From Pseudomonadota bacterium (GTDB taxonomy: Bacteria; Myxococcota; JACRCW01; JAFGSX01): a DNA stretch of 64,000 nucleotides. Shown piece by piece: positions 1 to 9,863 of this stretch. The translations under genes were made by a program, and so were the position numbers. The notes below the pieces were generated by a model that saw only the letters and a list, made by a program, of their open reading frames with translations, did no database searches and was not told where the DNA came from. The stretch is from NCBI GenBank assembly GCA_043821645.1, contig JBDRCO010000081.1, positions 1 through 64,000 on the forward strand, given 5' to 3'. Position 1 is the first letter of the stretch; every line of letters starts with the position of its first letter.

Positions 1-1398
1 CGCGACGCCGACCAGCGCCGTCGTCCACTCCGGCGTGGCCAGCGCGTGCAGGTGCGTGTAGCTGGCCCAGACGTTGTTGTCGACAAGACCGTCACGCCGC
101 CCGGCGCAGCCGGTCCCCCTGCGAACGGCGCCCGCGGTCGGTGGGAGCGGACCCTCGGAGAGGATCCTCGAGTAGTGGAACTCGTGTCCCTTGAGGACCA
201 GCCCCGCGGGGAAGTAGGGGTTCGGGCGATCCACGGCGAGCTCGACATAGCCGTGACCTTGAGGGGCGGCCGACATCAGTACGTCGAAGGGGAAGACACC
301 GGCCAGGCCATGGCGTTGACCGTTCCAGATGACGGACCTCGACAGCAGAATCAGGCCACCGCACTCGGCGTAGATCGGCAACCCTCTGCCGGCCGCAGTT
401 CGAAGTGCCTGCAGGAAGCAGACATTTGCGGCGAGTGCCGCCGCATGGGTTTCCGGGAAGCCGCCGCCGATGTAGAGGGCGTCGAGACCGCCGGGTAGCC
501 CGGTCGCCGACAGGGCGGAGACCGGAACGAGCGAGGCACCGCTCGCCTCCAGTGCGTCGAGGTTGTCCGGGTAGTAGAAGGAGAACGCCGAGTCCTTCAC
601 GTACCCGAAGGTGAGGCCCCGTCCGTCGGGACATCGCCCGGCCGCCCCCAATCCGGGCCGTCGCACGTCGAGTTGGGGCGCTCCAGCCGCGATCGTCAAG
701 AGGCGCTCCCAGTCGAATGCCGCCCCCGCGACATCGAGCAGGCTGGCGAGGAGACCGCCCGTGGTCGGATGCTCGCCGGGCGGGACGAGGCCGAGATGCC
801 GTCCGGGCAACAGTGCGTCCCGGATCCTCGGCACCACGCCAAGCACCGGCACCTCGGAGGTCGAGGCGATCGCATCGCGCAGCAGGCGCTCGTGGCGCGA
901 CCCGCTCACCTGGTTGAGCACCACGCCCGCGATGGAGACCTGCGGATCGAGCTGCTGGCAGCCGACGAGCCAGGCCGCGGCGGTTCGCGTGACCTTCCGG
1001 ACGTTGAGCACGAGCAGCACCGGCGCCTGAAGCGCCTTGGCGAGCTCCGCCGTGCTGTGGGAGCCGGCGGCGTCGGACCCATCGTACAGGCCTCGATTAC
1101 CCTCGATCACGTTCAGTCTCTCGGCCACGGCATGCCGGCCGAACGAGGCGACGGCTCGCTCGAACCCCATCAGAAAGGTGTCGAGACTGCGGGTGGGGTG
1201 GCCCGAAACCCAGGACAGCCACGACGGATCGATGTAATCGGGTCCCTTCTTGAAGCCCCGGACGGCCAGGCCGCGCTGCCGCGCGGCGAGCAGCAGGAGC
1301 ATGGACACGAGCGTCTTTCCCGAGTCGCCGGCCAGCCCGGCCACGACAAGCCTCGGCGCCCGGCGCTTGGTGCTCTCCACCGGTCCAACATCCTCCAT
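1..1398 (-). CDS. dsrN: Cobyrinate a,c-diamide synthase-like siroheme amidase, second copy (3' end runs off the window)
   Basis: Not in the ORF track. Hand translation from ATG 1398 stays open to base 1: MEDVGPVESTKRRAPRLVVAGLAGDSGKT..FKKGPDYID..IEGNRGLYDG..RHLGL..DSAFSFYY..GGGFPE..YAECGG..GHEFHYS..ASYTHLHAL. Confidence 0.88.
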   Translation of the reverse strand, partial: MEDVGPVESTKRRAPRLVVAGLAGDSGKTLVSMLLLLAARQRGLAVRGFKKGPDYIDPSWLSWVSGHPTRSLDTFLMGFERAVASFGRHAVAERLNVIEGNRGLYDGSDAAGSHSTAELAKALQAPVLLVLNVRKVTRTAAAWLVGCQQLDPQVSIAGVVLNQVSGSRHERLLRDAIASTSEVPVLGVVPRIRDALLPGRHLGLVPPGEHPTTGGLLASLLDVAGAAFDWERLLTIAAGAPQLDVRRPGLGAAGRCPDGRGLTFGYVKDSAFSFYYPDNLDALEASGASLVPVSALSATGLPGGLDALYIGGGFPETHAAALAANVCFLQALRTAAGRGLPIYAECGGLILLSRSVIWNGQRHGLAGVFPFDVLMSAAPQGHGYVELAVDRPNPYFPAGLVLKGHEFHYSRILSEGPLPPTAGAVRRGTGCAGRRDGLVDNNVWASYTHLHALATPEWTTALVGVA

Positions 1399-1582
1399 CT
1401 CGCGACGGCCGGTCCAGCTCATCGTTCCTAGCGTGGGGCTCCGCCCCACACCCCAGCTCAGTCGCTTGCGGGGGCCCCGACGCCCCGCGCCGCTCCCTCG
1501 CAGGCGCGCTGTGCGCGCCTCGCCGTGCTCGCGCGGAAGTGTGACCGTTTCGTACACATTCGGACCATTCAAGCACGGCCAG

Positions 1583-2740
1583 TCAGGCCGCCAGGCTCTC
1601 GCGCACCGACAGGGTGATCTTGTAGAAGACGGTGACCATGGCCGACCCGACCGCCCAGATCGCCAGCACAATCAGCAACTCCGGCAGCGTCGGAGCGTAC
1701 TCGGTGACGGCGCCCACTGGCGACGGCACGAACCCGGAGATGACCAGGCAGATTCCCTTGTCGATCCAGAGCGACAGGAAGACCATCACGCAGCCGACCG
1801 CTAGCGTCCGCTCGTTTCGCCGGCTCGCGGGTACGACCAGCAGCAGCACGGAGGCGACCGCCAGGACGACCGAGGTCCACATCCAGGGGACGAGCGCCGA
1901 TGCGCCTTCGAGGCCGAAGAACATGTAGCGGAAGTGCTCGACGTGCTCGGGGATCTGGCTGTAGAAGGCGGTGAACAACTCCATCAGGATGAAGAAGACG
2001 TTGATGAGCATCGCATAGGTCACGATGAGCGACAGCTTCTCGGTGGCCTCGCGACCGGCGTCGAACCACGTCGTCCGTTTCAGGATCATGGCGAGCAGGA
2101 TGAGCAAGGCTGGACCGGCGGCGAAGGCCGAGGCGAGGAAGCGAGGCGCCAGGATCGCCGTGAGCCAGAGCGATCGACCGGGGAGGCCGCTGTAGAGAAA
2201 GGCGGTGACCGTATGGATGCTGACCGCCCAGGGAATCGAGAGGATGATCACCGGCCTGATCCATCGCGGTGGGGCCACGCCCTTGCGCTCGGCGCTGAGC
2301 GTGACCAGCGCGATGACCCCGTTCAGCACGAGATAGCCGCCGAGCGAGACCATGTCCCAGAACATCATCGAGTTGGGGGTAGGGTAGCGGATGAGGTTGA
2401 GGATCCGCATCGGCTGGCCCATGTCGACGAAGATGAAGAGCATGCACATGGTGACGGCGGAGATCGCCAGGAACTCGCCGAGAATCGTGATCTTCCCGAA
2501 CGCCTTGTAGTTGTGGAGGTAGTAGGGAAGGACCACCATCACGGCCGACGCGGCCACGCCGACCAGGAAGGTGAACTGGGCGATGTAAAAACCCCAGGTC
2601 ACGTCGCGCGACAGGCCGGTCACGCCCAGGCCGTTGACGTATTGATAAAGGTAGGCGATCACGCCCGCGCCGATGACGGCAAACAGGAACGCGACCCAGG
2701 CGTAGTAGCGGCGGCTTCCAAAAAAGACATGTTCGAACAT
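1583..2740 (-). CDS. dsrP: DsrP, NrfD/PsrC-family membrane subunit
   Basis: GLSRDVTWGFYIAQFTFLVGVAASAVMVVLPYY and APRFLASAFAAGP motifs; follows dsrO. Confidence 0.95.
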   Translation of the reverse strand: MFEHVFFGSRRYYAWVAFLFAVIGAGVIAYLYQYVNGLGVTGLSRDVTWGFYIAQFTFLVGVAASAVMVVLPYYLHNYKAFGKITILGEFLAISAVTMCMLFIFVDMGQPMRILNLIRYPTPNSMMFWDMVSLGGYLVLNGVIALVTLSAERKGVAPPRWIRPVIILSIPWAVSIHTVTAFLYSGLPGRSLWLTAILAPRFLASAFAAGPALLILLAMILKRTTWFDAGREATEKLSLIVTYAMLINVFFILMELFTAFYSQIPEHVEHFRYMFFGLEGASALVPWMWTSVVLAVASVLLLVVPASRRNERTLAVGCVMVFLSLWIDKGICLVISGFVPSPVGAVTEYAPTLPELLIVLAIWAVGSAMVTVFYKITLSVRESLAA

Positions 2741-2970
2741 GGTCGCCTCACTTTCACCAAGGGCGGATCAGGGCTTGCGCATCCCGAAAGGAGGGGTAGC
2801 GCCGAGCAGGGGGTTCTCCGCCGCGCGCAGGGACGAGCACGGGGCTGGCGAGAAGGGGACCCGGCCCGGTTTGCCGGGGTGGGGAGGACGGCCCGACCGT
2901 CCTCGGAAGCATGTGGCGAGGTGACGGGACCCCGACCTTGGACCTCATGCTTTGCACCGCTTGCATCTCC

Positions 2971-3744
2971 TCACACCAGGTAGAACACGTAGGGTTCGGT
3001 GCCCAGGAAGGGCTTGCGCCGGAGGTTCTGGCGCGTCCGCAGGACCTCGGCCAGACCCGAAGCGGGGTCGTGGATGTCGCCGAACATCATCGCGTTGTGG
3101 CCCGCAGCCTGGCATGCCTCGACGCAATGAGGCAGCTTGCCCACGGCCAGCCGCTCGGGGCAGAAGGTGCATTTCTCGACGACACCCTTCATGCGCGTCG
3201 GATAGTCCTGCCGGGGGTTGGCCATGTACTTGCGCGGGTCTGACCAGTTGAAGCTACGCGAGCCGTAGGGGCAGGCCGCCATGCAGTAGCGGCAGCCAAT
3301 GCAGCGATGCATGTCCATGGCGACCAGGCCGTCGGGTCGCTTGAAGGTGGCCTGCGTCGGGCAGACCTTGACGCAAGGCGCGTTGGTGCAGTGGTTGCAC
3401 AGCACCAGCGCGGGACGGTCGACCAGGGTCTGGGCGGAGTACTCGTGCACCTGGGTCGGGAAGGTGTGGCGAAAGCTCTCCTTCCAGATCCACTTCACCT
3501 CGTGGTTCTTCTCCGGGATGCTGGGCACGTTGTGCGCGCCGTGGCAGGCCTGGGTGCAGGCCGTGCAATCACCCGCAGCCAGGCACTTGTGCACATCGAT
3601 GATCAGGGCGTAGCGCGGCCCGGTGGGGGCGGGCTTGTCCTCGCCACCCGAGGCCCTGGCCAGGGAGGCCGCCGCGGGCACCAGCGCACCGGCGCCCAGC
3701 AGCGCACACGATCCCTTGAGAAAGTCGCGACGGGAATTGCTCAT
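2971..3744 (-). CDS. dsrO: DsrO, Tat-exported 4Fe-4S protein
   Basis: SRRDFLK Tat motif; CNHCTNAPCVKVCP, CIGCRYCMAACP, KCTFC. Confidence 0.95.
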   Translation of the reverse strand: MSNSRRDFLKGSCALLGAGALVPAAASLARASGGEDKPAPTGPRYALIIDVHKCLAAGDCTACTQACHGAHNVPSIPEKNHEVKWIWKESFRHTFPTQVHEYSAQTLVDRPALVLCNHCTNAPCVKVCPTQATFKRPDGLVAMDMHRCIGCRYCMAACPYGSRSFNWSDPRKYMANPRQDYPTRMKGVVEKCTFCPERLAVGKLPHCVEACQAAGHNAMMFGDIHDPASGLAEVLRTRQNLRRKPFLGTEPYVFYLV

Positions 3745-4157
3745 GGCAGCCTCCCTTCGACCTGGGCTGTCTTCATCTCCCCCCGGGGCGGCTCCACGTG
3801 ACAGCGGAAGCAGGTGACGTCGACGCTGGCGTAGGTATGGCAGCGATCGCAGAAGGCCTGCTTGTCGGCGTGGCAGTCCAGGCAGGTGCGGCTCAGGCTC
3901 TTGTCGTACAGGGTGCCGTCATCGCCCTTGAACGTGCGCTCGCCCTGGCGCACCACGTCGTCGCGCCAGGTGTTGAGCAGGTCCATGTGCCAGGCACGCA
4001 TGTAGGCCGTGTCCTTGACACAGGCGGTGCCCTTGACCGCCTTGGCGAGCTCTGGACGTGCGGTCGGGGCATTGGCCGCGGCCGTGTACCAGATCGGGCC
4101 GCTGATCACGGCGACGAAGGCGCCGAGTCCGATGATGACCTTTGGGGCGTCATACAT
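3741..4157 (-). CDS. dsrJ: DsrJ, triheme cytochrome c
   Basis: MRAWHMDLLNTWRDDVVR; CLDCH, CDRCH, CFRCH; ATG 4157 after a GAGGAG RBS. Confidence 0.95.
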   Translation of the reverse strand: MYDAPKVIIGLGAFVAVISGPIWYTAAANAPTARPELAKAVKGTACVKDTAYMRAWHMDLLNTWRDDVVRQGERTFKGDDGTLYDKSLSRTCLDCHADKQAFCDRCHTYASVDVTCFRCHVEPPRGEMKTAQVEGRLP

Positions 4158-4194
4158 GCTTGTTCTCCTCCTCGGTCCGGGCACCGGCAGTCGC

Positions 4195-5820
4195 TCAGGC
4201 CTCGTTCATGGGCTCCAGCCTCAGGTTGAGCTCACGCTTCTTCTCGCCCTTCATGACCAGGGCGTTGGCCACCAGCTCGTGAATGCCTGTGACCTTGACG
4301 CCGGGACACCAGTAGTCGCACACCGTCGTCAGGGTCGCGCGATCGATGGCGCACATGGCTGTCAAGCGGTTGACGCCGTGCTGCTCATGCACGTGGCGCA
4401 CGGCGTTGCCTCGAGGCAGACCGCCGCGCAGGCGCATCTCCATGTTCTCGTCGGTACCCAGGCCAGCGCCGCCACCGCAGCAGAAGGTCTGCTCGCGGAT
4501 GGTGTTGCGCGGCATCTCGTAGAAATTGTTGCAGACGGCGCGGATGACGGAGCGAGGCTCCTCGAAGATGCCCATGGCGCGCGCCGGGTTGCACGAGTCG
4601 TGGAAGGTGACCTTGAGCGCGTCGTTGCGGCTGGGATCGAGCTTGAGCTTGCCGTGCTTGATCAGGTCCGCGGTGAACTCGGTGATGTGCACCATCTTGG
4701 TCGAGCGTGCGTTCTCGAACACGGTGCCCGTGATGGGCGAGCTCGGCACCTCGGCCTGCTTCCAGTCGGCGGGGCCGTTCATGGTGTCCATGTACTGGTT
4801 GAGCACGCGCCACATGTGGCCGCACTCACCACCGAGGATCCACTTGACGCCCAGGCGCCGAGCCTCGGCGTAGATCTTGGCGTTGAGCTGCTTCATCACC
4901 GCGTTGTCGGTGAACAGCCCGAAGTTTCCGCCCTCGGAGGCGTAGGTGCTCCAGGTGTAGTTGAGCCCCAGCTCGTGAAACAGCGCCAGGTAGCCCATGC
5001 AGGTGTAGGTGCCCGGGTCGGCCAGGAAGTCGCCCGACGGCGTCACGAACAGGATGTCGGCGCCCTTCTTGTTCATGGGCACGTCGACGCGCACGCCGGT
5101 GGCTTCCTCGATGTCATCGGCGAAGAACTCGAGGGTGTCTTTGAGACCGTGAGGCTGGATGCCCAGGTGGTTGCCGGTGCGGAAGCAGTTGCTCACCGGC
5201 TCGATGACCCAGTTGACGTTGAGCCCGAGCAGCATGAGCAGCTCGCGCCCCATCATCGTGATCTCGGCGGTGTCGATGCCGTAGGGGCAAAAAACGCTGC
5301 AACGCCGGCACTCGGTGCACTGGAAGAAGTAGTAGAACCACTCCTTGACGACGTCGACGGTGAGGTCGCGGGCGCCCACCATCTGCCCCATCAGCTTGCC
5401 GGCCAGGGTGAACTCGCGGCGATAGATGGAGCGCAGCAGCTCGGCGCGAAGCACCGGCATGTTCTTGGGGTCGCCACCGCCGATGAAGAAGTGGCACTTG
5501 TCAGCGCAGGCGCCGCAGCGCACGCAGGTATCCATGAAGATCTTGAAGGTGCGGAACTTGTCCAGCCTCTGCCGCATGCCCTCGAGCAAAATCTGCTTCC
5601 AGTTGTCCGGAAGCTTCCAGTCCGCGTCCGAGGGTGACCACTCGCGCGGGTTGGCGAAGTGCATGTACTCGAGGTGCTTGGCCTTGCCCGGATAGATCCA
5701 GGTGCCCATGCGGAAGTCGGGCTTGGTGTCCATCCAGCCCGTCTTGGGCGGGTCGTAGCCAAAGCCCAGCAGCTCGTCGGGCTTGTAGAAGGCCATCTCG
5801 TCGAAGCGATGCTCCGTCAT
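4195..5820 (-). CDS. dsrK: DsrK, HdrD-like Fe-S subunit
   Basis: CVRCGACADKC, CTECRRCSVFCP, GECGH, HDSC, CCGGG; ATGA overlap with the dsrM stop. Confidence 0.96.
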   Translation of the reverse strand: MTEHRFDEMAFYKPDELLGFGYDPPKTGWMDTKPDFRMGTWIYPGKAKHLEYMHFANPREWSPSDADWKLPDNWKQILLEGMRQRLDKFRTFKIFMDTCVRCGACADKCHFFIGGGDPKNMPVLRAELLRSIYRREFTLAGKLMGQMVGARDLTVDVVKEWFYYFFQCTECRRCSVFCPYGIDTAEITMMGRELLMLLGLNVNWVIEPVSNCFRTGNHLGIQPHGLKDTLEFFADDIEEATGVRVDVPMNKKGADILFVTPSGDFLADPGTYTCMGYLALFHELGLNYTWSTYASEGGNFGLFTDNAVMKQLNAKIYAEARRLGVKWILGGECGHMWRVLNQYMDTMNGPADWKQAEVPSSPITGTVFENARSTKMVHITEFTADLIKHGKLKLDPSRNDALKVTFHDSCNPARAMGIFEEPRSVIRAVCNNFYEMPRNTIREQTFCCGGGAGLGTDENMEMRLRGGLPRGNAVRHVHEQHGVNRLTAMCAIDRATLTTVCDYWCPGVKVTGIHELVANALVMKGEKKRELNLRLEPMNEA

Positions 5821-6845
5821 GGTTGTGCTCCCTCCGCGCCCTTCTGCTCGAGCGGCTTGTCGACGGGAAGACCCGCGTCCACCATGCGCTGGCGGAAATC
5901 GTCCTCGTACTCCTCGTAGGTGTGCACCTTGACGGTCGGGTTCCACGGATTGATGTGACGCACCACGCGGTTGTTGTTGGCGAGGTTGCGCGTGGGGCTC
6001 ATCCACACACCGCCCGCATGCATGAGCTTGCTGAACGGGAAGTAGGCGAACAGTGTCAGCACCAGCATGAAGTGAACGTAGAACCACCAGTGCACGCCGG
6101 GCATGGCGACGGGCGAGAAGGTCACCACGCCCAGGATCAGCTCCTTGACGCCGACGATGTCGGTCTTGACGAAGTGCCTGAGGATGGCGCCGGTGGCACC
6201 GATGCCGAGCAACAGGAACAGCGGGAAGTAATCATTGGCGAGCGAGATGTAGCGCAGCTGCGGGATGAACACGCGGCGCAGGAACAGGTAGCTCACCGCG
6301 ACCAGGAAGGCGACCGTGGTGATGAACATGGCCGGCACGCCGACCTCGAAGAAACCATCGAGTTGCTGCAACCACAGGATCCAGACCGGCACCGGCTCGG
6401 TGAACAGGCGCAGGTGCCGGATGACGATCACCAGCATGGAGTAGTGAAACACCAGGCCACCCAGCCACAACCACTTGGTCGGCCCGTAGGAGACCGTGGG
6501 CCCATCGCGGTGCAGTTCGGTCTTGGTGTTCCGGAACAGGGACCGGAACAGGAAGACCTCGAGCGCCATGCGTCCGACGACACCGACGATGTTGTACGGG
6601 TTCTCGAGGTTGTTGCTCTTGATCCAGGGCAGCGACTTCTGCTGACCGCAGGTCGTGGGAATGCGGAATGGCACCGGCGAGCGCGCCCAGCCAGCGACCT
6701 TGACCAGCACCCCCCCGACGAACAGCGCCAGGACAGAGTAGGGCAGCACGGCCGTGAACAGGATCTGCAGACCCTGGGCCTGGCCCAGCAGCGCCGCCAG
6801 GCCTCCCAGTACGATCACGGCTCCCAGAGCAAACAGCATCGGCAT
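5817..6845 (-). CDS. dsrM: DsrM, membrane cytochrome b
   Basis: PVPFRIPTTCGQQKSL and YFPFSKLMHAGGVWMSPTRNLANN. Confidence 0.96.
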   Translation of the reverse strand: MPMLFALGAVIVLGGLAALLGQAQGLQILFTAVLPYSVLALFVGGVLVKVAGWARSPVPFRIPTTCGQQKSLPWIKSNNLENPYNIVGVVGRMALEVFLFRSLFRNTKTELHRDGPTVSYGPTKWLWLGGLVFHYSMLVIVIRHLRLFTEPVPVWILWLQQLDGFFEVGVPAMFITTVAFLVAVSYLFLRRVFIPQLRYISLANDYFPLFLLLGIGATGAILRHFVKTDIVGVKELILGVVTFSPVAMPGVHWWFYVHFMLVLTLFAYFPFSKLMHAGGVWMSPTRNLANNNRVVRHINPWNPTVKVHTYEEYEDDFRQRMVDAGLPVDKPLEQKGAEGAQP

Positions 6846-6865
6846 GCTTTTCTCCTGTGACAGCA

Positions 6866-7408
6866 CTACACCTCGGAGCCCTCGTTCTCGGGGGGCGGGG
6901 CATCCTCCTCGAAATAGCCTGTGCGCTTGATCAGGTTCGAGACGCGCCGCTTGACGTCGTCGATGCGCAGCTGCGCCACCTTGTCGCGATGGCGCGAGTA
7001 CAGGTCAAAGACCAAAAGCGCCATGCGGTCGACCTGGGCGTCGAGGTCTCGCAGTTCCTGCTGGAGCTCGGGCTGAACCAGCTCCACCTGCAGCACCTCG
7101 CGCAGCACATCCTTGAGCACGAAGACGAAGCCAACGGCCTGGGCGGGCGACGTGTCCTGCACCGCACGAATGCGCAGGATCTCGTCGAGACTGTGCGTGA
7201 GGTCTGTCCAGGGCTTGTTGTCCGCGAGGGCATCGACCAGGGCACGCAGCTCTCGCGCGAAGGTGTTGCCCACGGGGTTGGCGAAGGTGTTGCGCTCGCG
7301 CCGGAAGAAACCCTGGGCGTCGCCCCCGAAGCTCTGCAGCAGGCGATCCAGCCACAGCTCAGCGATGCGCTCGCGTTCCTGACCGATCAGCTTCACGACC
7401 TGCTGCAT
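6866..7408 (-). CDS. dsrT: DsrT (RsbRD N-terminal domain protein)
   Basis: FANPVG, IRAVQD, AVGFVFVLK, FDLY motifs; sits directly upstream of dsrM. Confidence 0.88.
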   Translation of the reverse strand: MQQVVKLIGQERERIAELWLDRLLQSFGGDAQGFFRRERNTFANPVGNTFARELRALVDALADNKPWTDLTHSLDEILRIRAVQDTSPAQAVGFVFVLKDVLREVLQVELVQPELQQELRDLDAQVDRMALLVFDLYSRHRDKVAQLRIDDVKRRVSNLIKRTGYFEEDAPPPENEGSEV

Positions 7409-7501
7409 GGCCACAGGCCCCTCGCGCACATCCAGCGTGGCACCGCACCATGCGGCGCCGTTGTTGACCACCTTGAGACACCGCTCAGCGCGGCGCGACG
7501 A

Positions 7502-7819
7502 TCAGACGCAGCCGGTTGGCTTGGGCAGACCTGCCACCTTGCAGGCACCCTTGGCCGGACCCGACGGGAACATCTCGTACACGTAGTTGAGCTTGAAGCC
7601 GGTTTCCTTGCACAGCTTGCGGATCATGGGCGCCACGCCGAACTTGAGATAGTAGTCCCGCAGGTACTCGACCAGCTTCCAGTGATCCTCACCCATGGCC
7701 TCGACGCCCTCGGTCTTGGCCAGGGCGACGGCGACGTCCTTGTCCCAGTTCTCGGGGTCCTGGATGAATCCGTCCTCGTCGATCTCGAGCGTGCGATCGC
7801 CAACCTTGAAATCTGGCAT
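7502..7819 (-). CDS. dsrC: DsrC sulfur carrier
   Basis: C-terminus GACKVAGLPKPTGCV keeps both conserved Cys (CX10C). Confidence 0.97.
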   Translation of the reverse strand: MPDFKVGDRTLEIDEDGFIQDPENWDKDVAVALAKTEGVEAMGEDHWKLVEYLRDYYLKFGVAPMIRKLCKETGFKLNYVYEMFPSGPAKGACKVAGLPKPTGCV

Positions 7820-7842
7820 TGGGCTCCTCCTTGCGTGTCCTG

Positions 7843-8409
7843 TCAGTTTGCCGGTCCCTGGTTCGGTCCCGGCTCGATTTCCAACGCGACGGCGCCCTGC
7901 TGGCCCGAGGCCTTGTCCAGGGCACGTAGAAACTCCGGTGGGGGCTTGTGGCCAAGGGCCATGGCGCTCGCCAGACTGGCCCGGGCGTCGTCGACGCGGC
8001 CTTGCGCGAGCTGGCCCACGGCCAGGTAGTAGTGACCCGGGGCGCTGTCGGGTTCGCGCGTCACCACCTGCTCGAAGCAGGCCACGACCTCGTCGGCCTG
8101 TCCCAGGTAGAGGTGACCGAGGCCGAGGTTGAAGCGCGCCTGTGTCAGCTCTGGCTGCACCGCCAGGGCGCGCTGGTTGGCCTCGACCGCACCCTTGAAG
8201 TCCATCCGCGCCATGCGCACACCACCCAGGTTGACCCAGGCCTCGACACAGTGCGGATCGAGCACGAGGGCGTGCTGGAGCTCTTTCTCGGCCTCGGTGG
8301 CCGACAGCTCGAGCAGGGCGGTGCCCAGGCGCAGGTGAGCGCGCGACGATTCGGGCTGGGCCTCGACCTCGAGGCGAAGCTGCTCCACGGTTGGGCGTGC
8401 CTTAGCCAT
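7843..8409 (-). CDS. TPR-repeat protein embedded in the dsr operon
   Basis: Tandem TPR-like helices (AHLRLGTAL, AWVNLGGV, ARFNLGLG, GHYYLAVG); start overlaps the dsrN stop. Confidence 0.85.
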   Translation of the reverse strand: MAKARPTVEQLRLEVEAQPESSRAHLRLGTALLELSATEAEKELQHALVLDPHCVEAWVNLGGVRMARMDFKGAVEANQRALAVQPELTQARFNLGLGHLYLGQADEVVACFEQVVTREPDSAPGHYYLAVGQLAQGRVDDARASLASAMALGHKPPPEFLRALDKASGQQGAVALEIEPGPNQGPAN

Positions 8410-9844
8410 CTGTCGCCTCCACACCGCGCCCGTCGAGGCACGAGGAATTCTTTCGGCTCTTCGCACGCCGCGCCTGGGCGTGCGACGCCGCGAGGCGAAC
8501 CAGGGCAGGCGCCCAACCCGGCGCCCCCAGGGCGTGCAGGTGGCTGTAAGTGGCGATCACGCTGCCGACCCGCAGACCATCCCGCCCCTCACCCACGCCG
8601 GCGCCTCGGTCCAGGGCCCAGGTGGTGGGCGGCAGGGGTCCGTCGTCGACGATGCGCGTGTAGTGGAACTCGTGGCCCACCACTGGCGTGCCCAGGGCGA
8701 AGGTGGGATTGAAGCCGTCGACCCGAGCTTGCACGTAGCCATGCCCCTGGGGCTTGCGGCACATCTCGATGTCCACGGGCAGCGCTCCGACCATCGAGTG
8801 CCGGGTGCCGTCGACGATCAGAGTGCGCGCCAGGTACACCAGGCCGCCGCATTCGGCGTACACCGGCAGTCCGCGCTCGATGGCGTGGTGCAGGGCGGCG
8901 CGCAGGGACGCGTTGGCGGCGAGCTCGGCGGCATACACTTCTGGAAAACCACCACCGGCGTAGATCGCGTCGACCTCGGGGAGCGTGGCATCGGCCAGGG
9001 GGGAGATCTCCACCAGCTCGGCGCCAGCTTGCTCGAGGGCCTCGAGGTTCTCGGGATAGTAGAAGCTGAAGGCGCGGTCGCGCAGCACGCCGATGCGCAG
9101 GTGTGCTGCGGGACGCTGGGCCTGGGCATCGTCGACCCTGGGCAGGGGACGCGCCCCCCGGGCCACGGCGAGCACGGCGTCAAGGTCGACATGCTGCTCG
9201 CAGATATCGGCCAGGCGCTCCAGCACCTGCTCGGCCCGGGCGTGCTCGGCCGCAGGCACCAGACCCAGGTGGCGATCGGGCAGGTCCACGTCGAGCTTCG
9301 GCAGGCATCCCAGTACGGGGAGCCCGACGCTGGCCGCGATGGCGTCGCGTATGACCTGCTGCTGGCGGCCTGTCCCCACGCGGTTCAGGATCACCCCGGC
9401 CAGGGGCAGGTCCGGGTCCAGAGCCTTGCAGCCGAGCACCAGGGCCGCGACAGTCCGCGTCACCTTGGTGGCGTCGACCACCAGGATCACCGGCGCTGCG
9501 ATCAGATGCGCCAGGGAAGCGGTGGAGTGCGTACCCTCGGCGTCGAACCCGTCGAACAGTCCGCGATTACCCTCGATGACGGCGATGTCCGCCTGATCCA
9601 GCCCCCGCTGCAGCGAGCAGCGGATGGCCAGCTCGGGTTGCATCAGGGTGTCGAGGTTGCGGCCGGGCTGACCTGCGGCGTGGCCAAGCCAGGCCGCGTC
9701 GATGAAGTCCGGACCCTTCTTGAACGGAGCCACGCAAAGACCACGACGGCGCAGCGCCCGCGCCAGGCCAAAGGACACCAGGCTCTTGCCGGTGTCGCCG
9801 CCCAGCCCGGCGATGATCATGCGCGCCTGTGGTCTCGCGGTCAC
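8402..9844 (-). CDS. dsrN: DsrN siroheme amidase (CbiA/CobB family)
   Basis: GDTGKS, FKKGPDFID, EGNRGLFDG, YAECGG, GHEFHY; GTG start after GAGGAGGAG. Confidence 0.92.
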   Translation of the reverse strand: MTARPQARMIIAGLGGDTGKSLVSFGLARALRRRGLCVAPFKKGPDFIDAAWLGHAAGQPGRNLDTLMQPELAIRCSLQRGLDQADIAVIEGNRGLFDGFDAEGTHSTASLAHLIAAPVILVVDATKVTRTVAALVLGCKALDPDLPLAGVILNRVGTGRQQQVIRDAIAASVGLPVLGCLPKLDVDLPDRHLGLVPAAEHARAEQVLERLADICEQHVDLDAVLAVARGARPLPRVDDAQAQRPAAHLRIGVLRDRAFSFYYPENLEALEQAGAELVEISPLADATLPEVDAIYAGGGFPEVYAAELAANASLRAALHHAIERGLPVYAECGGLVYLARTLIVDGTRHSMVGALPVDIEMCRKPQGHGYVQARVDGFNPTFALGTPVVGHEFHYTRIVDDGPLPPTTWALDRGAGVGEGRDGLRVGSVIATYSHLHALGAPGWAPALVRLAASHAQARRAKSRKNSSCLDGRGVEATDG

Positions 9845-9863
9845 GCTGCGCTCCTCCTCGTCG

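Noticed and set aside
2754-2966. 70-aa ORF between dsrO and dsrP
   Set aside because: Pro/Arg-rich, no recognisable motif and poor RBS spacing; not called as a gene.
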